A stretch of DNA of 32,000 nt from Breznakia blatticola (GTDB taxonomy: Bacteria; Bacillota_I; Bacilli_A; Erysipelotrichales; Erysipelotrichaceae). The DNA lies in contig NZ_SODD01000004.1 of assembly GCF_004365815.1 (NCBI RefSeq), positions 30,001 to 62,000 on the forward strand, given 5' to 3'. Shown piece by piece: positions 17,305 through 23,690 of this stretch; position 1 is the first letter of the stretch, and each line of letters opens with the position of its first letter. The position numbers and the translations under genes are program-made. Under the pieces are notes generated by a model. The model saw only the letters and a list, made by a program, of their open reading frames with translations, was not told where the DNA came from and ran no database searches.

Positions 17305-18762
17305 ATGTATTATTTAGGTATAGATGCAGGCACTTCATCAATGAAGTGTATGATTATTAATAATAAAAAAGAAATACTTTACGAAAATAGTTGTAGTTAT
17401 GAATACAATCATCCAACAGAAGGATACAAAGAAATTCATCCAAAGAAGTATCTCGAAGCTCTAAAGAAAATGATTCTAGAAATCCCAAATACAATTAACC
17501 TTATTGAAATTGAGTCAATTTGCATCACTGGTCAAATGCATACTACAGTATTCCTTGATGAAGTTGGTAATTCAATTCGACCAGCTATTTTGTGGAATGA
17601 TACACGTATGAAAAATAAGGTTCAATTGTTGAAGGAAGAATTATCAGATAATGTGCAAACACAGTTTATATCTAAAAGCATTTCAACTGGATGTATGGCA
17701 ACTTCACTTTTATGGGTTAAAGAAAATGAACCAAATAACTATAAACAAATATCGAAAGTATGTAGTGTCAAAGATTATTTAACATATCAACTTACAGGTC
17801 GATTTTGTACTGATTTCTGTGATGCATCAACAAGTTCACTATATGATATAAGCAACAAGTGTTACTCTTCATATATGCTAAACAAATTAGAAATAAGTGA
17901 AGACAAACTATGTGAAGTATATCCAAGCGGATATGAAGTTGGAACATTAACTCAGGAATGGATTAGTGAATTTAAAATAAATCGTTATGCAAAAGTAAGA
18001 GTTGGTACTGGGGATAATCCAGCAAGTGCAATTGCATGCGATATAATTAAAAATAAAGAGCCATTACTGTCTTTTGGTACTTCAGGAGTAATTATTGTGC
18101 CTAGAGATGATAAAGAGTTTTGTGGAAAAGGAAAAAATGTATTATTTTCAAAAGATGGTAAACGATTTAGCAATATTGTACAAGGATCATTGCAAGCCGC
18201 AGGAGCAACACATTTATGGTGGGTAAAACGTATTATTCAATCTAATGACCTTTCCATTGATCAAGATATAATCTCAGATGATAGAATTGGAAAAAACACA
18301 GTAAGATTTTTTCCGTATATGAATGGGGATAAAACTGTTTATGCAGATCCAAATTTAAGGGGAAGTTTTATTGGTTTAGATCTTAATACAAAACGTTCTG
18401 ATATGTTACTAGCTATATTTGAGGGAATATCACACGCTACACGATTGCTAATTCATGAAGTTTTACAAGGCAATATGCCTAAACGAATAAAAGTTAATGG
18501 TGGTGGTTCTAAAAGTGATGTTTGGATGCAAGTTCTTTCACATGTCTTAAATTGTGAAATAGAAGTATATTGTGGTGCAACCAGTCCATGTTATGGTGCT
18601 TGCTTAATTGCGTGGGAACATGATCATAATGTTGTTGACAAAGAAGAGAGAATTCTATCAAAGAAGTTTTTTCCAAATAGTAAAATTGCCAAATTATATG
18701 ACAAGCAATTTGATGCATTCTTACATATGTACAATATAATGAAGCAATTTGATAAGGAATGA
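17305..18762 (+). CDS. FGGY-family carbohydrate kinase (xylulokinase-like)
   Basis: YYLGIDAGTSSMK N-terminal phosphate-1 motif and the GGGSKSDVWMQ motif of FGGY kinases; 485 aa. Confidence 0.9.
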   Translation: MYYLGIDAGTSSMKCMIINNKKEILYENSCSYEYNHPTEGYKEIHPKKYLEALKKMILEIPNTINLIEIESICITGQMHTTVFLDEVGNSIRPAILWNDTRMKNKVQLLKEELSDNVQTQFISKSISTGCMATSLLWVKENEPNNYKQISKVCSVKDYLTYQLTGRFCTDFCDASTSSLYDISNKCYSSYMLNKLEISEDKLCEVYPSGYEVGTLTQEWISEFKINRYAKVRVGTGDNPASAIACDIIKNKEPLLSFGTSGVIIVPRDDKEFCGKGKNVLFSKDGKRFSNIVQGSLQAAGATHLWWVKRIIQSNDLSIDQDIISDDRIGKNTVRFFPYMNGDKTVYADPNLRGSFIGLDLNTKRSDMLLAIFEGISHATRLLIHEVLQGNMPKRIKVNGGGSKSDVWMQVLSHVLNCEIEVYCGATSPCYGACLIAWEHDHNVVDKEERILSKKFFPNSKIAKLYDKQFDAFLHMYNIMKQFDKE

Positions 18763-18772
18763 AAGGTACGTT

Positions 18773-19342
18773 ATGAAAGTAACATGTGAATTTTGTCGAG
18801 AACAATTGAAGTTTAGAAAGTTTCGATTCAAAGATGGTTATGCATGTAAAAAGTGTTATGCGATTTTAACAAATCAATTTAAGACAACCATTCGAAATAG
18901 AAGTAAAACTGAACTTTACAGTATTTACGCTTCTAATAAAAATCAATCTTACGATCCATTCAAAGAGTTTAATGTAACAAAAAAGATTGGAAATTATATC
19001 TTAATTGATGAAGATAAACAAAGGTTTTGTGTTCCCAATAATATTAATGTTGTTAAATCAAGTGAGAAACCTGAATTGTATGACATTAATCACTGTCATT
19101 CGTTTTCAATCGAAACGAAACCAAAGAGTAATCTTTTTGAATTAGAGAAACAGATGAAAGAAAAATCGAGTAAAATTATTAATGAAATTGCAGTAATATT
19201 CGAGTTTGAGAATCAATTACGCAAAATAATTATATTGAATAATTCCGTTAGAATAAGCAGTTTTGCATTCAAAAAAACATTTGATTTTGCAAAAAAGATA
19301 AAAAAAGAATTGGATGATTTAAAAAACTTAACTTGTAAATAA
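18773..19342 (+). CDS. Hypothetical protein with N-terminal CxxC...CxxC zinc ribbon
   Basis: CEFCREQLKFRKFRFKDGYACKKCY resembles the DUF4428-type zinc ribbon (from memory, unverified). ATG 18773 is preceded by GAAAGG. There is no terminator between it and the kinase gene. Confidence 0.6.
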   Translation: MKVTCEFCREQLKFRKFRFKDGYACKKCYAILTNQFKTTIRNRSKTELYSIYASNKNQSYDPFKEFNVTKKIGNYILIDEDKQRFCVPNNINVVKSSEKPELYDINHCHSFSIETKPKSNLFELEKQMKEKSSKIINEIAVIFEFENQLRKIIILNNSVRISSFAFKKTFDFAKKIKKELDDLKNLTCK

Positions 19343-19386
19343 TTTTGTGTAATGTCTGACATTACATGATAAAAAATCTAATAATG

Positions 19387-19428
19387 AAACGAACGCCACT
19401 TATCAATCACTGTGAGTGGTGTTCGTTT
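19387..19428. terminator. Hairpin between convergent genes (probable bidirectional terminator)
   Basis: AAACGAACGCCACT / AGTGGTGTTCGTTT stem (one G-T pair) with a 14-nt loop. T-rich flank on the minus strand, weaker on plus. Confidence 0.6.
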
Positions 19429-19478
19429 ATACTAGAAAATCATCTAGAAATGCTAATTTAGAATTTGCTTGCATTCTG

Positions 19479-19898
19479 TTAGTGACCACGATGTTTTGCT
19501 TTTTTCTTTTGTTGGCGAAGTTTGAACTGTTGTTGTTTTTGCTCTTGTTTTTGCACTTTCTTTGTGTGCTTTTTCTCTTGTATACGCGCTTCTTGTTGTG
19601 CCTTTAGTGCTTGTTGTGCTTTTGTTGTAATTCCTTTTTCTTGCATTTGTTTTTTGACTAAACGTTGCATTCGTTTTGGATTTACTTTTCTTGATGTATG
19701 ATTAGTTGCTTGTACTTGCGGACTAAAAGATAAAGTATACCAGTGTTCAAATAGATAGGTATATACTTCATAATCCTTTGGTTCTTTTCCAAATGTTATT
19801 TTGCACACTTCTAAGTCACCATCAATAACACGTTCATAAATTCCAACCCAATAGGGAGCATCAAATACTACTATAAAAGTACTTTGTGTTTTTTGCAT
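19479..19898 (-). CDS. yjdF: YjdF-family (DUF2992) protein with Lys/Gln-rich basic tail
   Basis: FDAPYWVGIYERV..GDLEVCKITFG..EP core and a KKAKHRGH C-terminus, as in B. subtilis YjdF-like proteins. ATG 19898 follows AAGGAGG (19913-19907); the longer ORF to 19973 has no SD. Confidence 0.75.
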   Translation of the reverse strand: MQKTQSTFIVVFDAPYWVGIYERVIDGDLEVCKITFGKEPKDYEVYTYLFEHWYTLSFSPQVQATNHTSRKVNPKRMQRLVKKQMQEKGITTKAQQALKAQQEARIQEKKHTKKVQKQEQKQQQFKLRQQKKKAKHRGH

Positions 19899-19904
19899 AT
19901 AAAA

Positions 19905-20012
19905 ACCTCCTTGTTTTTTCAACACAAAGAATGGACAGCCAAGGAGGCAGGTTACTGACAAATTAGGTTGCACCCGGACTACCAGCCGGGTCGTGTTTCT
20001 ATCTTTGTTGCT
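19905..20012 (-). promoter_or_regulatory. Structured 5' leader; candidate yjdF-class riboswitch controlling SD access
   Basis: On the minus strand: closing helix CAACAAAGA...TCTTTGTGTTG, internal hairpin CCCGG-CTGGTAGT-CCGGG, and anti-SD CCTCCTT (19947-19941) complementary to SD AAGGAGG. The genetic context (DUF2992 gene) is the canonical one for the yjdF motif. Confidence 0.45.
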
Positions 20013-20018
20013 ACATAA

Positions 20019-20047
20019 ATTGTATCGTATGTATACAGTAAAATCAA
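20019..20047 (-). promoter_or_regulatory. Sigma-A-type promoter for the yjdF-like leader
   Basis: On the minus strand: TTGATT (20047-20042), 17-nt spacer, TACAAT (20024-20019). Confidence 0.55.
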
Positions 20048-20067
20048 TGTATCGTATGTCATATAAG

Positions 20068-20096
20068 TAGACAAATTTTAGAATTATTCTTATAAT
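20068..20096 (+). promoter_or_regulatory. Sigma-A-type promoter for the HtrA-like protease gene
   Basis: TAGACA (20068-20073), 17-nt spacer, TATAAT (20091-20096). Confidence 0.55.
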
Positions 20097-20168
20097 TTTT
20101 TATAAACATTTCCCTTTTATTCATTTACATTTCACAATGATTTGGGATAGTAACTATGGAGGTCGATG

Positions 20169-21200
20169 ATGGAAAATTTTAATAATGATGAATTCAATAA
20201 AGACAATTCAAATGTAGAAGGAAATAATGAAATGTCTCATACAGAAAACACAAATAACGAAGTAAATCGTAATGCGAATAATGAACACAATGTGAGTGGA
20301 TTTTCATATCAGCCACATCAAGATGATCAGTTTAATCGATATACATGGAATGCAGAAAGTGGAAATGGTAATGCAAATCACACGCAATATACAGAAAGCC
20401 AAGTTCCACCACAAAAACCAAAACGTTCTATTTTACGTTATGTTGTAATTGGTTTAGCTATTTTTGCATTAGCAACAGGTGGTGCTTTTGCTGGAGTCAA
20501 TATTGCAAATCACTTCGATGAAAGTAAAGATTCGGGAATCACACTTGTAAAAGCAGAAAACACATCGAAGAATGAAACCGATCGAACGAAGGTAATTGAG
20601 AAAGCAAGTAGTAGTGTTGTAGAAATTACCACTGAAGTTGTATCTAGACACCCATTCTATGGTAACTATGTTACTGAAGGTGCTGGTTCAGGAGTAATCT
20701 TAAGTGAAGATGGATACATTGTGACAAACTATCACGTTATTAGTGGAGCAAGTTCATGTAAAGTAAGACTTAGTGATGGAAAAGAGTATGATGCAACCTA
20801 TGTCGGTGGCTCAGAAACAGATGATATCGCGGTTGTGAAAATCGATGCAAAAGATTTAAATCCAGTTGTATTAGGTGACAGTGATAAACTGGTTACTGGA
20901 GAAGATGTTCTAGCAATTGGAAATCCATTAGGTGAACTTGGTGGAACAGTGACTGAAGGGATTTTAAGTTCTACTTCACGTACGATGAATGTTGATGGTG
21001 TAGAAATGGAATTACTACAAACAAGTGCTGCGATTAACCCAGGAAACTCTGGTGGTGGGTTATTCAATGCGAAAGGTGAATTGATTGGAATTGTAACGCT
21101 TAAAAAAGCTGGGGATGAAATCGAAGGACTTGGGTTTGCAATCCCTGTAAATAAAGTTGTTGAAACTATCGATAAAGTAGTTGACTCTAGTCAGTTCTAA
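20169..21200 (+). CDS. Membrane-anchored S1C (HtrA/DegP-like) trypsin-type serine protease without a PDZ domain
   Basis: Catalytic triad contexts TNYHVI (His), DIAVVKI (Asp), NPGNSGGGLF (Ser). One TM segment (VVIGLAIFALATGGAFAGV). The protein ends right after the protease domain. ATG 20169 has better spacing from GGAGG than 20166. Confidence 0.85.
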   Translation: MENFNNDEFNKDNSNVEGNNEMSHTENTNNEVNRNANNEHNVSGFSYQPHQDDQFNRYTWNAESGNGNANHTQYTESQVPPQKPKRSILRYVVIGLAIFALATGGAFAGVNIANHFDESKDSGITLVKAENTSKNETDRTKVIEKASSSVVEITTEVVSRHPFYGNYVTEGAGSGVILSEDGYIVTNYHVISGASSCKVRLSDGKEYDATYVGGSETDDIAVVKIDAKDLNPVVLGDSDKLVTGEDVLAIGNPLGELGGTVTEGILSSTSRTMNVDGVEMELLQTSAAINPGNSGGGLFNAKGELIGIVTLKKAGDEIEGLGFAIPVNKVVETIDKVVDSSQF

Positions 21201-21209
21201 TGATATTAT
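21181..21209 (+). promoter_or_regulatory. Sigma-A-type promoter for rpsO, embedded in the 3' end of the protease gene
   Basis: TTGACT (21181-21186), 17-nt spacer, TATTAT (21204-21209). Confidence 0.6.
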
Positions 21210-21292
21210 AAACAAGGTTTAATTCTAGGTTTTTGGATACTCCAACCACTTACTTGGAACTGAACGACCATAAGAAAATAGGAGGTAATAAA

Positions 21293-21559
21293 ATGTTATT
21301 AAAAGCAGAAAAACAAGCAATCATGAAAGAATATGCAACGAAAGAAGGAGATACAGGTTCTCCAGAAGTTCAAATTGCAGTATTAACTGAAGAAATCAAC
21401 CGTTTAACGGTTCACATGAAAGAACACAAACATGACTTTCACTCACAACGTGGACTTATGCAAAAAGTTGGTAGACGTCGTAATTTACTTAAATACTTAA
21501 AAAACAAAGACTTACAACGTTACACTACATTGATTGGACGTTTAGGATTACGTAAATAA
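21293..21559 (+). CDS. rpsO: 30S ribosomal protein S15
   Basis: The 88-aa product aligns by eye with bacterial S15 ([32 protein letters not shown]). AGGAGG lies upstream of ATG 21293. Confidence 0.95.
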   Translation: MLLKAEKQAIMKEYATKEGDTGSPEVQIAVLTEEINRLTVHMKEHKHDFHSQRGLMQKVGRRRNLLKYLKNKDLQRYTTLIGRLGLRK

Positions 21560-21567
21560 TTCATTTA

Positions 21568-21597
21568 AAGCTGGAATTCGTTCCAGTTTTTTTGTTT
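21568..21597 (+). terminator. Intrinsic terminator after rpsO
   Basis: CTGGAA-TTCG-TTCCAG hairpin followed by T7. Confidence 0.7.
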
Positions 21598-21651
21598 TTA
21601 TTTGAAAAATTGGTACTGTGATATGATAAAAGAAAGTGTGAGGATAGCTAT

Positions 21652-22080
21652 ATGAATCAGAAAAAAATATATCCACGTTCAAATGATAAACAAACAGTAT
21701 ACTTAAATCGCGTCATTACAAATCCAAACATAGAAATTGGTGACTTCACAATTTACAATGATTTTGTTAATGATCCAAAAGATTTTGAAAATCGCAATGT
21801 ATTGTACCAATACCCAATCAATCATGATCAACTTAAAATAGGGAAGTTTTGTTCCATCGCGTGTGGAGCCAAATTTATATTCAATAGTGCCAATCATAGT
21901 CTCAATTCATTATCGACCTATACATTTCCAATCTTCTTTGAAGAATGGGATTTAGATGTTAAGGATATAACAAACGCTTGGGACCATAAGGGTGACATTG
22001 TTATTGGTAATGATGTGTGGATTGGTTATGAGGCAATCATTATGTCTGGAGTGCATATAGGAGATATTACAAAGTTATAA
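21652..22080 (+). pseudogene. 3'-truncated xenobiotic acyltransferase (XAT; Vat streptogramin-A / CatB-type hexapeptide acetyltransferase)
   Basis: Collinear by eye with Vat(D): LYQYPINHDQLKIGKFCSI, SANHSL, KGDIVIGNDVWIGYEAIIMSGVHIGD. It then diverges (ITKL*) at about 142 aa, whereas the family is about 210 aa. Confidence 0.7.
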
Positions 22081-22110
22081 ATATAGATAACTGAAAAAAA
22101 GGGAAAGATT

Positions 22111-22551
22111 ATGAAATCAAACATACAAATTAAAGAAGAACGAATAACGGCTATAGAATACATTGATTTTCTTAAACGAACAAACTTAGGTTCACAGTAT
22201 CCAAAAGAACGTTTTGAAAAGAGAATTGAAACACTTGTTAATCAAGCAGATATAAGCCTAGTTGCTAGAAATGAGAAACAACTAATTGTAGGTGTTCTGT
22301 TTGGGTTGACAGACTATGCATATTGGTTATTTATCACAGATTTAGGGGTAGATCGCAACTATGAAAAGCAAGGAATTGGAAAGCGATTGATGCAACAAGC
22401 GCATGAACTTGCTGGTTCAAAAGATGATATTTCTATCTATCTAGTGGCAAATCAAGATGCAATACCATTCTATGAAAAATTTGGAATGAAGAAATCTGAA
22501 GATGTGATGGAATTTAGTCAAGTACAGTGGACAAGTTTTACAGTTGAATAG
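22111..22551 (+). CDS. GNAT family N-acetyltransferase
   Basis: 146 aa. Acetyl-CoA pocket motif EKQGIGKRLMQQA and C-terminal FYEKFGM. Confidence 0.8.
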   Translation: MKSNIQIKEERITAIEYIDFLKRTNLGSQYPKERFEKRIETLVNQADISLVARNEKQLIVGVLFGLTDYAYWLFITDLGVDRNYEKQGIGKRLMQQAHELAGSKDDISIYLVANQDAIPFYEKFGMKKSEDVMEFSQVQWTSFTVE

Positions 22552-22562
22552 GAGAACCGTAT

Positions 22563-22991
22563 ATGCAACAACAAATTGAAAAACTCTACAGTAAAGATAC
22601 AAAGGTAGCTTATGCAACATTATTAGAGTTAGAATTGGAATGTGCGAAATCGGATGCGTTGTATCCATATTTTGATACGTTTTTGGAAATGTTAGATGAT
22701 TCGAATACCTATATTCGTATTCGTGGTTTTCGTTTATTGTGTCATCTTGCAGCATGGGATAAAGAAGACAAAATCAATAGAAATATTGCTAAGATTTTAA
22801 GTGCATTAGATGATGAAAAAGGAACTGCTGTACGTCAATGTCTTGCACATATAAATCAAATCTTGCTTTATAAAGATGAACTACATGAAGAAGTCGAATG
22901 TAAATTAAAACAAATGGATCTATCAAAGTATAAAGATACGCTTCGACCATTGATTCAAAAAGACATTGATACAATATTAAAGGGAATTTAG
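22563..22991 (+). CDS. Hypothetical all-helical protein, HEAT/armadillo-like repeat pattern
   Basis: 142 aa with helical repeat signatures (SNTYIRIRGFRLLCHLAAW; GTAVRQCLAHINQILL). No catalytic motif recognised. Confidence 0.5.
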   Translation: MQQQIEKLYSKDTKVAYATLLELELECAKSDALYPYFDTFLEMLDDSNTYIRIRGFRLLCHLAAWDKEDKINRNIAKILSALDDEKGTAVRQCLAHINQILLYKDELHEEVECKLKQMDLSKYKDTLRPLIQKDIDTILKGI

Positions 22992-23003
22992 GAGACAAAT
23001 GAT

Positions 23004-23492
23004 ATGTTAGAACTACGACAACTCACAGATAATGATGTAAGGTTAGTTGAAAAGTGGTTACAAAATGAGCATGTAAAAAAGTGGTATGATATTCCACACT
23101 TAGGAGTAAGTATTGATGACTGGATGCATGAAATCCATGAAAGAGATACTACATATAACTGGATTACTTACTTTATTTTGAGCTATCAAAACAAACCCAT
23201 TGGATTTTGCCAATACTATGCATGCATTGATAGTAAAGATGAAGATTTTGGATCTCTAGATACAAGTCATGCTTATGGGATTGACTACTTTATAGGTGAA
23301 GAAGATTTTCTTGGTAAAGGGTTTGGAAAACAAATGATCCAAGTGCTTACCAAGTATATATTCACGCATACAAATGCAGAAGTGATAACTGCTGACATTG
23401 ATACAAATAATACTGCTTCCATGCATGTACTTACGGCATGTGGTTTTGACTTACTTGATGTTGGTGGTAGTCGCTACGTTAAACAAAAGTAG
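23004..23492 (+). CDS. GNAT acetyltransferase of the AAC(6')-Ie / Acetyltransf_8-like type (possible aminoglycoside N-acetyltransferase)
   Basis: LRQLTDNDVRLVEKWL, PIGFCQYY and YGIDYFIGEEDFLGKGFG parallel IRTLIDDDFPLMLKWL, PIGYGQIY and YGMDQFIGEPNYWSKGIG of AAC(6')-Ie (from memory). Confidence 0.7.
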   Translation: MLELRQLTDNDVRLVEKWLQNEHVKKWYDIPHLGVSIDDWMHEIHERDTTYNWITYFILSYQNKPIGFCQYYACIDSKDEDFGSLDTSHAYGIDYFIGEEDFLGKGFGKQMIQVLTKYIFTHTNAEVITADIDTNNTASMHVLTACGFDLLDVGGSRYVKQK

Positions 23493-23506
23493 ATGGTAAT
23501 ATAAAT

Positions 23507-23542
23507 ACTTTCTCAGGAATCCTTCTTGAGGAAGTTTTTTTG
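23507..23542 (+). terminator. Intrinsic terminator closing the rpsO-pnp cassette
   Basis: ACTTTCTCAGGA / TCTTGAGGAAGT 12-bp stem (two G-U pairs) followed by T7. Confidence 0.7.
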
Positions 23543-23690
23543 TGGATATGACTTTTCTACTTGTTTCACGATGACAACGAAATAGAAAGTGATGTATATT
23601 TGCATTCCGTGGCTAATACCTTCCATTTTTGTTTTGTTTGCTATGAATTTATGATATTATTAGTTCATATTGAAAGAAGAGGTAATAGAC

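Noticed and set aside
19416-19607. 63-aa Leu/Phe-rich ORF on the plus strand
   Set aside because: It is the antisense shadow of the Lys/Gln-rich tail of the YjdF-like gene (AAG/CAA codons read as CTT/TTG) and overlaps the convergent terminator.
21216-21292. S15 autoregulatory mRNA structure in the rpsO leader
   Set aside because: Only short helices (e.g. CCAA...TTGG) can be drawn. I cannot support a three-way junction or pseudoknot comparable to known S15 operators without covariation data.
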